From the NCBI RefSeq assembly GCF_006345805.1, contig NC_042999.1:28954001-29018000 (forward strand): a DNA stretch of 64,000 nucleotides, written 5' to 3'. This DNA comes from Octopus sinensis (lineage: Eukaryota). The position numbers were made by a program, and so were the translations under genes. Below, piece after piece: positions 13,316-25,915 of the stretch. The notes under the pieces were generated by a model. That model made no database searches and was not told the origin of the DNA. It saw nothing but the letters and a program-made list of their open reading frames with translations. How positions within the stretch are numbered: position 1 is the stretch's first letter; every line of letters begins with the position of its first letter.

Positions 13316-13544
13316 CTACAGTATAATAGGACAGAATATCGAATGTTCCAGATGCGACAATCTCATCCACATATACATGCATTTACTAATGAAAATGGAT
13401 TCAAGTTTTGGCGGAAACAAAGTTTGAAGCTGAAAGTGATAGTCGATTTTATCTTTCCTAGTATTAAATTTGTTCCGTATTTTATCGACCTCGAAATGAT
13501 AAAAAAGGAAAGAACACCTAGGGAGTATTTTCAATGAGAGTGTA

Positions 13545-14530
13545 AGAACCTGGTAGAAATAGGTTGTTAAGAAGGTTTTACTCCTAGGAAAGTGTGTAGA
13601 CGTCTAAAGAAATCCACCTGTGCGGCTCCTGTTTGTCACTAATCTGAAGTCTCCCTTGTTGTCTTCCATGCTGCTTACGTTCAAATGTAGCATCTACCGA
13701 CTGGGTTTAGGATAAACATACACATGTTCCCGTCAAGGCCTTCACGAAACAACATCGCATCGTCATTTGATCCAGGTTGGGGAGGCTTAAATAACACAGT
13801 TAACCAGAAGAACAAACGATTGCGTCTCCGAAATCCTAGCTATACTAATGGCTACTGCATCGAAGCGCAGTGACCTGATGTCGTGGTGTTGATCCAGCTG
13901 TGTCACTCGCTGTTGCTTAGAATGCTGTTACAGTTCTTGGTGTTGCTTCACTTGGTTTAACTCTTTCTGTTGCAATTGTTGTTGTTTCTATTTTTGTTGT
14001 GGTTGGAGACGGTGATGGTGATACTATTGCTGTGGCTGATATTGTTCGTTCGCAGTTTTGGTTTCGAGATGGGGTGCAGAGTTTTTGAGCTCCTTCAGTT
14101 TCGTGCCTGCAACTGTATTTTCACCTGCTTTCACTTCTTATATTTTTGGGGGTCACCCGACGATCACCCCCTCGGGTTACTTTGTACCAACCAAGGCCCT
14201 TTCTACATTCTGGAATTCAGTACGATTTCCAATGGCCTTAATTCATATCTGCTCCTATTGTATTCCTACTGCTTCCCTTTTTATGATTGCAATAGATTTG
14301 GCATTAAGCATAGTGGAGCAGCGTGACGCTTTTCCCTCAACCTCTCCAAAGAAGTGGTTTTGGTGATTGGTTTTGCCACTAGTACGACATATGTGTTTCC
14401 TCCACTTCAAAACCAACAGCATCTGCTCGCACTCTCCGAAAACATAAAAAAACTGGGACTTCTTGAGGAGCAACCAAAACGTAGAAAGCATTGACACATC
14501 TGTTCTGTTTTGTTAGGGGCTTGTTTTCAA
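13545..14530 (-). mobile_element. Decayed L1/Tx1-like LINE (ORF1 zinc knuckle to APE endonuclease start)
   Basis: Minus translation shows RKHICRTSGKTNHQNH (eroded CX2CX4HX4C) and downstream FRLV...FFRRLHTFL, resembling Tx1 APE; many stops. Confidence 0.55.
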
Positions 14531-14843
14531 GGTTATTGTCTTCCCGTGCACCTCTAACACGGCTATTACTCCCGCCCGGACCCTATGAGCTGATACGTCG
14601 GAGATCTTGAGCTTGGTCATACAACGTCACATGTATAAAGGAAGCACCACGAACTGGTTCGCTGGAGCAAGTCTTTGTAGACATACTGCGCGATTGTCCT
14701 TCAATGCTACAAATAGGTAACGCAGTGTAATATTGCCTTCCTCTCCAGATATAAAGCATAGAAGGCCACACTTGTCCCAGATATTATTCTAGTTCGGCTC
14801 GGACTTATATATATCCCTTATTCTTTTCTACTAAAAAATCCCT

Positions 14844-14990
14844 TTATTCTTCTTGGAGTGCAATGACACTAGGTCGAATGATATCTTTCTGATATCTTTT
14901 AATTGCCTCCGCTTTCCCTTGCAAAGAATGGGTGGTACATTTATGTATTATATTGGTGAAGGAATTTCGTTCCTTTACGTCTCTTTTCGT
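14844..14990 (-). mobile_element. Possible APE endonuclease N-terminal fragment of a LINE
   Basis: HSLQGKAEAIKRYQKDIIRPSVIALQE resembles the APE xxLQE motif; very short. Confidence 0.35.
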
Positions 14991-15341
14991 AACTATGGTT
15001 AGCGTTGTTTTTCTTGTTAATACTGTTGCGGCAATCATTCTATTGTTGATAATGTGTTCGTTATATTATTGTAGTATTCATTTGTGTTTATGGTGTTTTC
15101 GGTAATATTATTATTGTTGCTGTTGTAGTAGTTGCTGGCATTTTTTTGCCGTTGCTGTTGGAGTTGTTACGGTTCATGCTCGTGTCAGTGGTCCTTGTTT
15201 TGGCTGTTGAAAGAGAAGGAAAAGAGAGAAAGAGAGAAAGAGGGAGAGAAAGAGGGAGAGAAAGAGGGAGAGATAGAGGGAGAGAGAAAGAGAGTGGTAG
15301 ATATATATGGATGGATGGATTATAAATACCCTTGCACTTAC

Positions 15342-15673
15342 GTTTTGGGAGAAAAACTCCAAATATGCAGATATACATTTTGAACATGTATTTGTATGCC
15401 ATTATACATGATAAGTCGTTGTCAAGAAGTGTTATCACGTTACCAACTCCCATATACTTTTTACGACCTTGTATTTTTGCTAGAAGAGTGTTCAGAGCTA
15501 TTCGTGAAAAAACTGGTTGAGATATCAAAGGTGCATGTTCTCCAGTTGATATAAAACAATACAACATTTTGTGCTCGAATGTTGCTGTTCCATCTTCTAT
15601 GATGTTCGAACGTAACGGCCCTGATATAGTTTCACTGGGTGTATGTATTGATACACCAGTGCAGCTATTATTT
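15342..15673 (-). other. Candidate 332-nt coding exon, product unknown
   Basis: Acceptor ttttccgtctctcctgtttccgaag| and donor |gtaagtg enclose a stop-free frame (NNSCTGVSIHTPSETISGPLRSNIIEDG...LPK). No recognisable domain. Confidence 0.25.
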
Positions 15674-17539
15674 CTTCGGAAACAGGAGAGACGGAAAATA
15701 TTCGTATACCATTTCTTCAACGTTTGCACATTCTCTACCCTGATTGTAAACTTCCATTTATGTCACTTGGCTATGTAAGACAATGTATATGTAACTAAGT
15801 TAAGAAGCTAGGATTCTTGGAAAATTATCTTATTCAAATGAAGCGGGAAAATTGTAACAAGCTTTATCGTATATATTTGAAATTTTCCAAAAGTTTTCCA
15901 ACTTATCGACCGCATTTTAAACTCTATTCCATTAACCAAGAATTAATGAGAAGGTAATTTTATCTCATTATGTATTCCGACTCACTCAGTCTAAGCTCTC
16001 GCTGAGTTACAATGGCTTCTTTTGCTATAAATGATATTAATGTTACGGAGATAACTATACAAACTTGAGTTTGAAAGCTCTCATAGGGAAATATTTACAC
16101 CAAATTGGGATAAACAATTAACATGCTTTCACATAATTGAACTGGTTAAAATATGAATCAAATTTTCTTAATATCAAACACCACGCTATCAAATTTAAAG
16201 GGACATTGAATCCAGATGGTATTATCCTAGTTACGTATATACATACAAGATGATCACACATACCGTTGATGATTCATTACCCCTGCTACGATTTGCGTGG
16301 AGTTAACTGTTTCTTCTATTAATACTATAATTGCATCTGCTCCGCGGAGTCTGCTGGTCTCATAACTTTACTAATCATGCACCAGACACACTCGTCTTTC
16401 CAATTTTTGCTAGTCTTATAATGACAATCGTCCTTCATACCCTGCTGAAGTCACCTTCTCGGTTTATTCCTTCTTTGAGCATCGAATTTATGGACTTTTC
16501 TCCTAGGCCATGTCATTTCTGCAGTTGTTGAAATTTACGGGAGAGTAACGGTATCCAGTTAAATATGATATAGAGAATCTTCAAAACACGTGTACACTGT
16601 CGCTTTCTCTATACATAAGTTGCAAAAATACGAATAAAATTAATCAGGACAAAGGCGTATGCTGCCTTATTCTAACAGTATCATAGATATAGCAATTACA
16701 TTGCATATTTGACCCATATTTATCGGGTAAAATGCATGTACCATTCGGGAGTACTTCAACAGACACCATACAAATTAGATTAATTCCCGTGGTGCTTATA
16801 ATCAGTGTGTACGCTTTGCCAATACAATAGACTTAACAGTGAAATGAATCGAGAGTTTTACTAAATATAGGTTATTGATTGAAATGTGCAATAATTGTTG
16901 ATATAAATAATAAAATTATTGTTCTGCAATTCCAATTATTTCATATCATTAACCGCAAATGATGTGTCTGTAGAGATTTCATTTCAACGTCGCAGTGTCA
17001 TGTCAGGTACATTGACTTGTGTCAAAGGGCTGCAATTGTAACATTGTGTTTCCCGTAGGTGACTGTCAATTTCCTTTCATTGTTGTATTGTCTGCTTTAC
17101 ATAATGGGCCATATATACAGGAACTCTGTAAGAAATATGGTAGCGAAGAATCAATGAAAATTCATAATAACCGGATAATACACATAATACATGAATGGAT
17201 ATGAAATGCGCTTTCATTAAATATTTCTCCTGAAACATCTCATATGAATCTCCTAACAAAAGATACATTCTTTCGACCATGCTCCATATGCCTCACTCTT
17301 TCACCCCTTTTCTCTCCTCTCTTTTTGTAGCTCACTTATTATATGTGCGTGCGTGTGTACGTGTGTTACTGTGTGTGTCTGTGTGTGTGTCTAATTGTAC
17401 ACGTAAGGGTGTGTGAGTAGGTGTATGTCTGTGTAAACATATTCTTCTAAATTGATCAAACCGAGGAATGATAATCGTCGTAAGATTCTACTAATCCAGT
17501 TGCCACTTCAGCTAGCGGTACCATATGGGGGTGAATACA

Positions 17540-17928
17540 CCGAAGTCGTATTGAAAAGTTTATAGTGTGTTATGAGTGGAAAAAATGTGACAGCACATTC
17601 AGCTCGGTAGCTTTGTTAATTTTTGCAGATATATGAAACTTAACTAATGTTCATTCATACTGAGGTTCTTCTACGCCTGATGACTACAAAGCATATGACA
17701 TCGTTCACACATCTAGCAGAAATTAGAATAGACAGAAAAAAGCTCCTCGTATACCCATACAGTCATTTCATGGATGAGCTTGTAAAAAAAAAAAACACTG
17801 ACTGGCGAGGATTAGAGGTTTGAAATTTCTCTAGCCAAAACAGCAGTGCAGCTAAGACAGCAGATAAAGAAACAAGATCTGACTCAAATATGGCCTCCAA
17901 GCACCGAGCAAAATGTCATCCCCGACAC
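17540..17928 (+). mobile_element. mariner 5' fragment
   Basis: TIR-like cgaagtcgtattgaaaagtt followed by a degenerate N-terminal HTH-like region; ends at the family C insert. Confidence 0.4.
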
Positions 17929-18073
17929 TATTTACATTATTTACGTTTGACGGATATTTGTCATCTTGTTTGTTGTTAACACAAAGTTTTCTCTTATATA
18001 TCCTCCAACGTTCATCAGGTGTCTTGGGGATTTTTCGAACTGGGTTCTCATTCTTAAGGTACTTTTCGATGTT
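17929..18073 (-). mobile_element. HHR-containing repeat family C copy (degenerate ribozyme at 17978-18023)
   Basis: Aligns with 53786-53935 and 54137-54290; abuts the same (GTT)n(CTT)n tract as the 53786 copy. Confidence 0.8.
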
Positions 18074-18103
18074 GTTGTTGTTGTTGTTGTTCTTCTTCTT
18101 CTT

Positions 18104-18186
<83 letters not shown>

Positions 18187-18479
18187 TTCTTTGCCTTTGA
18201 AATAGTCCAAATAAAAGATGTTTGCGAAATTTTTCCTTGCAGTTTCTTATGGAAGTTATGTCTATTTATGAAGTGATAACTACTGCTAAGTTACCACTGT
18301 CATATGCTATCGTATATAAATAGAAACTAGAGACATATAACAAGTCAAAAATTACCAAAAGAATCATTCACGCCATGTGATACCAATACAGAAATTGTGG
18401 GGTTTGGGCTCTAGGACTATGCTACAAAGAAACGCCACTCATGTAAAGTTGCGCTAACAACTTAACACCCTTTAACTGG

Positions 18480-19329
18480 GAATCTATTCACAGCGTTCTC
18501 AAGCGAATTTGCCTCTAAATACTATATAATTGTTTGTACTCTTAGGAGAATGGTAAATGTGGTTGTTCACTCTTTAAGACCAATACTAAGAGGGGATGGA
18601 ACTAATGAAACTGAAAAGGCAATGATTCTCAGAGTGAAAACTATGTGAGCCCAGAACTTGGTTGCCTTGCATAAATATCCACCTATGGAAAAATTCTTCG
18701 GAATTTCAATCCTGAAGTTGAGTATTCCCAAGGAAAATCTGCAAGTGAAATCTGTAAGATTTCAATCCAGAAGAGGAGAATTTACATGAAAAACTGTAAG
18801 TCATCTCAAAGACATTTGAACATTGTTCTCTTAATTTCTGAAACCACATTGACGTCAAACTGTACTGGACAATGATATTCCCTCAAACAACAACAGTCGT
18901 GTAGAGAGAAAACAGTTCTGCTGCACCAACCCAAAGTTTGTCTCCCATATAAACTCTATCATGGCCTGCATCCTAAAGAATGCTCACCATCTGTACTTAC
19001 CGGGTTTGGTGCCGCGGATAAAGTAACAGTTTACTGGTTGTTTGTGATGAATATTTGTGAAGCTTGTTCCCAGATACAGCTTCTACTAGCCCCAAGCTGT
19101 ATAAAGCCCAACAGCTTAGATACTATCTCGCCAGAGTCTGATTACCTCTCTGAGTGTATGGGACTCAAGGGTAATGTAGCTCGAATAGCGGATAACATAC
19201 CCTTCACTAGATATAAAATGAACAAAAGATGAAACCAGTTCTAACTTAAGTGTACTGAGATGTACAAATAATTGCTATTAGACGAATAAATATTGTCATG
19301 TACATAATTGACAAAAAAAAAAAAAAAAC
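18480..19329 (+). other. Possible decayed polyadenylated retrosequence
   Basis: Higher-complexity stretch with an open frame of about 110 codons ending at 19232, AATAAA near 19285 and an A-tract at about 19313-19328. No TSD or homology identified; left boundary approximate. Confidence 0.25.
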
Positions 19330-20154
19330 TGCCGAACTTAATAACGTACACTAAAGTTTCAAGTGGACATTGCTGCACTACAGTTCTTGTGAAGAGAGTG
19401 ATACTATGCGTCAGAGACGTTTAAATGTTTTTGCTAGTAAAGGGCCTAGTTGGAACGAAACAGCATGGTTTTGGCTGTGCTACGAGAAAGTCATTGCTAA
19501 AGAGTGTAGAGTCGAGGGAGAAAGGGACATATCAGATTTTCTTAGTGCGACCACATACATCCAATTAGCCAGTCAAACTTGTCAGTGTCTCTGCCTCAAT
19601 TCGTCACTCTACACAAGATACAAAGTACACAATGTACAAATTTTACAAAGAAATCTCAAGGAAAATTCAGAGGACTAGCCTACATCTGCGACTACTTGGC
19701 TATTTTAAATGCATATGTGAGCACCAAACATAAATCCAGGCCAAAGTGGGTCGGGGAATTCGAAATTGACAGCATAAAGGACAACGGACAACGGACGCTT
19801 AAAATTGCCACACTCCATGTACTGTGTGTTCCCAAATATTACTTCCAAAATATTACCTGGTACAAAATATTTTGGAGACTGTTGAACTCCTCACACAATC
19901 ACTAATAAGGCATGGTAATTATAAGACGTTGTAAATTGCCGAATCCGTTAGGGGAGCACTGTAGAAAGCATGTCACACGGGAGGAGCCGAAAATACCTGC
20001 TATGACGTGAGCTCGCCGCCAGAAAGTGAGCACAATAAATACTATTTCTTCGTTTCAGAATCATGACTAGTAAACAAGTATCACATTAGACAGCTGACTG
20101 TGGACAACATTCTATCATGCCCAACAGAACGAGCTGCGAGTTTCCATATAATGG

Positions 20155-20185
<31 letters not shown>

Positions 20186-20345
20186 GGTTGTGGTGTTGGT
20201 TGTGGTGGTGAAGATGATGATGATGAAGACGATGATAATAGTGCCTGTGACTGGTATAACCTTACCAGACGTATAGTCATGATAGGTATACTAGGCTTCG
20301 AATATTTTACTCCAGTATCACTTTGATGGCATACACTGCTCTCTC

Positions 20346-20349
20346 ACTC

Positions 20350-20395
<46 letters not shown>

Positions 20396-20529
20396 GTAAT
20401 AATAATAATAATAATATTAATAGTAATAATAACAGCAACAATAACAATATTAATAACAATAATGATGATGATAGCAATAAAACAACAACAATAATAATAA
20501 TAACAATAATGATAATAATAATAATAATA
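20346..20529. repeat. (TAA)n array hosting R4/Dong-type insertions
   Basis: Directly visible; further TAA tracts at 21264-21358 and 22979-23165. Confidence 0.95.
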
Positions 20530-21263
20530 CCGGGGGACGTTTAAGATGTAAGAAGGAAAATACAGAGCTCCGAAATCTATCCACCAACATCGAAAACAAG
20601 GACATCCTATGGAGCCAAACTTTTACTATCAAAGAATTGGACTGTATCCGAGTAAGTAATACTAATTGGAATTTATTACTATTTTCGAAACGAAATGATG
20701 TATTTTGACTCGATATCATCTCCACCTCTAACACAACACATGTAAACATTCGTGGAACATCACGATCATCCACGATCCCAAACACCATGTACAAAGGAAC
20801 TACGAAGAAATTAAATGCCACCGATACTATTCAACCCAAGAATAACAATCGAGCGGTACGTACATTAAACTTACAACAAAAAATGTACGAAAAACTACAC
20901 GTGCGAAATAATGTGACAACAGAAATAAACGGACCGGTACCCTACGAAAATGACGACCGTGAAAATAATGGGCCGGACGTTGTACCTCATGTCCCGCAAA
21001 TAAAACCCAAAAGACGTAAATGGACACGTGAGGAATACATTTCTATCTTACACGCATACTTCACAGCAGTGCTCTACCCAAAAAATGAAAATACAACAAC
21101 GCATACATATAAAATGCACTACTAGGCACTGCACACATCCTACGCAGAGCACTTTCCATACAATAACCATCAGAGCATCACAACAAATCACAGCACATAC
21201 CCAAGGCACACAGAGCTGCGCTCGGTAGTGAAGTGAAAGCACGCTATAAAAATAAAACTACTG
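20530..21263 (+). mobile_element. R4/Dong-clade element with 5' region joined directly to the 148-bp 3' end
   Basis: N-terminal KRRKWTREEYISILHAYFTAVLYP...TTTHTYK is fused at 21115/21116 to a 3' module matching 22831-22978 (3 differences in 148 bp). Confidence 0.75.
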
Positions 21264-21273
21264 AATAATAATG

Positions 21274-21318
<45 letters not shown>

Positions 21319-21358
21319 TAATAATAATAATAATAGTAATAATAATGATAATAATAAT

Positions 21359-22978
21359 ATCGCAAAGGCTGAACAAGCAACTGGACGAAAACAAACTGTT
21401 CCCAGAAGAGCAGAAAGGATGCCGCAAAGGCTCATATGGCTGTAAAGATCAACTAATGATTAATAAAGCCGTAACTGAAGACAGCCACAGAAAGAAGAAA
21501 TGCCTCAGTATGGCCTGGATTGACTACAAAAAGGCGTTTGATAGCATCCCCCACACATGGATCCTCGAAACACTAGCCATTAACAAAGTAGCACCAACAA
21601 TCATAAAATTCATAGAGCACTCTATGAATAAATGGCAAACAGTCCTACACCTCCAAACAAAAGAGGGACTCATGAAAACCAAAGACATCCCCATTAGAAG
21701 AGGAATATTCCAGGGAGACACGCTCTCTCCACTCCTTTTCTGCTTGGCACTGTCACCTCTATCTGATATGCTAAATAGAACTGGATGCGGATATAAATGT
21801 TACGGCAAAACGATCAGCCACCTTTTTGTATATGGATGACCTAAAACTATACGCTGCAAATGACAAACAGCTGGAAACACTATTAAAGACAGTTCATGGA
21901 TTTACCAAAAGAAATAGATATGAAATTTGGATTAGAAAAATGCGCCAAAGTAACCATGAAAAGAGGAAAACTAGTTAAGAGTAACAACATCACACTAGAT
22001 AAAACCAATGAAATAAAAGAATTAGACCAAAGCCAAACTTACAAATACTTAGGTATCCATGAACTAGATAAGACACAACACACACAAATGAAAGAGAAAA
22101 TAAAAAAAAAGAATATTATAGACGAGTTAGATCAATACTAAAAACAGAGCTCAATGCTAAAAACAAGATAATAGGTATCAACACTTTAGCTGTCCCAGTT
22201 ATAAGTTACAGCTACAATATCCTTAACTGGACACGAAATGAACTGTCCAAAATAGATAGGAAAACAAGAAAAATACTGACAGGATCTAGGATGCATCACC
22301 CGCAATCTGACATAGAAAGACTATATATACAACGTATAGAAGGTGGTAGAGGCCTTATACAGCTGGAAAACTACTATAAAATAACCACCATAGGACTGCA
22401 AAAATATCTACTTCAGAAGGAAGGAAAAGTGATCCAGATAGCAGCAAAACACGAGCAAAACAAAAAACTGTTCTCAGTATTTAAGGAAGCTGACAAATAC
22501 AAACAAGAAATCATACCACCTAATAAACAAGAAGAAGAAGAAGAAGATGAGAAATTAAGGCCAACAGACCAGATATAGTTGTCAGAGATCATGAAGAAAA
22601 AAATGCTTTCTAATTGATGTATCAATACCGGCAGATTACAACGTGTCTCTAAAAGAAATGGAGAAACTCTCAAAATACAAAGACCTGGAAATAGAGGTAA
22701 CTAGAATGTGGAATCTGAAAACAGAAACAATTCCTATCATATTAGGTGCATTAGGCATGATAAAAAATATTCAGACAAATACATAACAAAAACACCAGGA
22801 CTTACAAACACATATAAAATACAGATAATTGCACTACTAGGCACTGCACACATACTACGCAGAACACTTTCCATACAATAACCATCAGAGCATCACAACA
22901 AATCACAGCACATACCCAAGGCACACAGAGCTGCGCTCGGTAGTGAAGTGAAAGCACGCTATTAAAATAAAACTACTG
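21359..22978 (+). mobile_element. R4/Dong-clade non-LTR retrotransposon, 5'-truncated (RT + RLE), frameshifted
   Basis: PEEQKGC...AWIDYKKAFDSIPH...GIFQGDTLSPLLF...(Y)MDDLKL, and C-terminal ANRPDIVV...LIDVSIP...KYKDL...IILGALG. (TAA)n on both sides; internal deletion near 22560 removes the CCHC region. Confidence 0.92.
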
Positions 22979-23081
22979 AATAATATTAATAATAATAATA
23001 ATGATGATGATAATAATAATAATAATAATGATGATGATAAAAATAATAATAATAATAATAATAATCATAATAATAATAATC

Positions 23082-23126
<45 letters not shown>

Positions 23127-23187
23127 TAATAATAATAATAATAATAATAATATAATAATAATAGCAATGATGATGATGATGATGATG

Positions 23188-24130
23188 ATGGCGTGGATCG
23201 ATTAAGAAAGCGTACGATATGGTCCTACATTCATGGATTTGAGAAAGTCTTGAGTTGGTACAGGTGTCTGATAACATATCAAATTTTATTAGGAGATCAA
23301 TGAAAAACTCGCATACGACGTTAACTTCTAATGGACAATTTGAGGGGAGGGTTAACAGCAAGAGAAACATTTTTCAAGGGGATAGCCTGTCAACATTTCC
23401 GCTTGTGAATTGTATGATACCGTGCACACAGATACTATGGAAAATGACATAGGCGTATACCTAGAGATGTGGAGGAAAATTAAAGTATGTGTTATGTATG
23501 TGGATAATTTAAAGGTCTTTGGAAAGACTGAACGTGGAATAAATGGACTAGTTTCAACAGTGCAGTCATTCAGTAATGATAGCGGAATGCAATTTGGGAC
23601 TAAAAAGTGTTGTATGCTTATAGCACAAAGAGGCAAAGTATTGTCGTCTGATGATGAAGAGCTACTCAATGGCGAGGAAATGAAGGATGTTGAGAATAAT
23701 AGATTTAAATATCGTGGGATTTTATAATACGACAGAATCAAGCAAAGTGAAAGAAAGGAAAGCTTTAGGCTAGAATATCTCGGAAGAACCAAGTTGATTA
23801 AGGGAAGTAAACTCAATGGAATAAAAAAATCAGGGTAATGAACACAGGGGCTGTTTTCTTGATGTGATACAGTACAGATACTGTTACGTAGACAAAGAAC
23901 CAGCTTAAGTGAATGGACAGGAAATCTAGAAATGTGATGACAACAAGCATCTACACCCCAAAAGTGAATCACATACATACGGTATATGATTATAAATAGC
24001 TGTGGAGGAGTTCTCATAGGATGCAAAATTTGTGTTGTCAACGAGAAGAACAATCTGGGATGTTACATCAAAGAGTTTTTGAAGTTGTTTAGCTGTTCAA
24101 AAGACTGAGAAGGCTGAAGACGAGTGGAGT
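23188..24130 (+). mobile_element. Older R4/Dong-clade RT remnant
   Basis: MAWID*KKAYD-like start, IFQGDSLS, MYVDNLKVFG, FGTKKC motifs; many stops. Confidence 0.8.
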
Positions 24131-24989
24131 AAGTGAAGTTATAAGCAAGTTTGTATTATGAGGACATAATTATTGTTAAGAAATTCTAATGCGAGGGAGA
24201 ATGACCGCAAAAAAGCACAGTTGGAACCCATAGGGTGTCGCACAACAGGTAGTAAAGGTATAGATAATAAGAGGAAAGGGAAAAGAAAGATCTCATTGGC
24301 AAAAGAGCGAAACGTAGAGGAGGTGATAAAATGAGCAGGTTAGTTTTGCCCTGCGTACTTTTATCTTTTCGTTATTTTGTTTGTGCGTTTATGTGTATAT
24401 GCATGTTTTAGTGAGCTCAATGGTTTGCAGTAGGAAGGGTGTTAAACTGAGGTCAATCAAAGCAAGGTGTTAAATACAATTCAGAAGGCTGGCGGGCGCA
24501 GGGGCATAGAAGGACAGCGTGTGAGTGTAGGTGTGTGTGCGCGTGTGTGTGTGAGTGTATGTATGTGTTTGAGCAGGTGTGCATTCTAGTACATTCTAAT
24601 GCATACAGGTGTGTAATTATATGTGTGTGTAAGTAGTATTAGTGAATATATATGCATTAGTGAATATATATGCATATATATACACGCGTGTGTGTGTGTA
24701 TATTATTAACTGTTGTGAAGTTTGTATATTGCGGCAGAGTGTGTGTGCGTTTGTGCGAGAAAGCTGTTTACGTATCATCACACACACATAATCTACATCT
24801 ATCAATTGATAGATGAGGATTGATGTGAGGGAAGTAGAGAGCGCAGGTGTGTGAAAGAGGTCAGGGAAGTGGTTGGTGAAACAGAGAAATAGCAAAGAAG
24901 GGGTATAATGGAGAGGCTAGTGTAAATAGGGGGAATAAAAAACTGAGCAAGAGATACTGAGAACGAAATAATATATATCTGGAGAGAGA

Positions 24990-25640
24990 AAACTCGCTGT
25001 TGTTCCCTCTCGCGGCGAGTGGACAGATCCAGTAGTGATAGCTACACTGACGATTGAGTGGTAGTGGGTGGAATAAAATGAAGAGCGAATATTTCGAGTC
25101 GGAGGCGATCAGTTGAGAAGTGAGTTATCTCTGAGATGGAATGTGTATTTGTTATCTCCTACGGAACGATTTGCCGATATAGATAAGATTGAAAGAGAGC
25201 ATATATATTAGTGTTACCTGAGTTTTACCGAAAATTGTCCTTAATGTTTAAGGTGCAGTGTCTGTGTCTGGAATGCTTGATGATTTTGGAAATGAACAAC
25301 ATCAAAGCAGGATCTAAGATGAGGGTGGCATGTCAGGAAGGAGGAGAATCGGGGAAGGAAACTGTGGAGGTTGCGAGCATATTCAAAAGAAAGAGTGGAG
25401 AGAAAATGTGAAGGCGTTGGAGAAGGCAATGTTAGATCCGAGATCAAAAATGAAGCCGTGAATGGTGTTATAGAAGCAGAATGGGAGTTTTTAGGCAAGA
25501 GGAAAGGGGATGCAGTGGATGCGATTGCGGGTGCAGACAGTTAAATTTGAGGTGCGATCAACAATACGAGTACTGGGTAGACGAAAATTGATAAGGAACG
25601 GTGGGCAACCATGTCGAATGAAAAGGTAGGCTTTTATGTT
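24990..25640 (-). mobile_element. CR1/L2-like LINE 3' end remnant
   Basis: Minus translation FYNTIHG...HSFLPRFSS resembles the CR1-group C-terminal FYxxxHG...NSFxPR motif. Confidence 0.45.
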
Positions 25641-25704
25641 GAACCAATGTCTCGATGTCTGTTTCTGCTACAGAGACACCTGACACGAAGGAACCGAGAA
25701 CCCG

Positions 25705-25778
<74 letters not shown>

Positions 25779-25857
25779 TTATTTATATATATTTATATAT
25801 ATATATATATATATTTATTTATATATATATAATATATATATATATATATGTGTGTGT

Positions 25858-25915
<58 letters not shown>

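Noticed and set aside
17913-18210. Poly-L/F/I/R ORFs (also at 21188, 22973, 33731, 53758 and 59901)
   Set aside because: Translations of trinucleotide microsatellites.
20530-20700. Possible HDV-like ribozyme at the 5' end of the Dong-like element (starts GGGGGAC)
   Set aside because: No complementary P1 3' strand or nested P1.1/P3 found by eye.
23352-24053. 233-aa minus-strand ORF
   Set aside because: Antisense shadow of the plus-strand Dong-like RT remnant.
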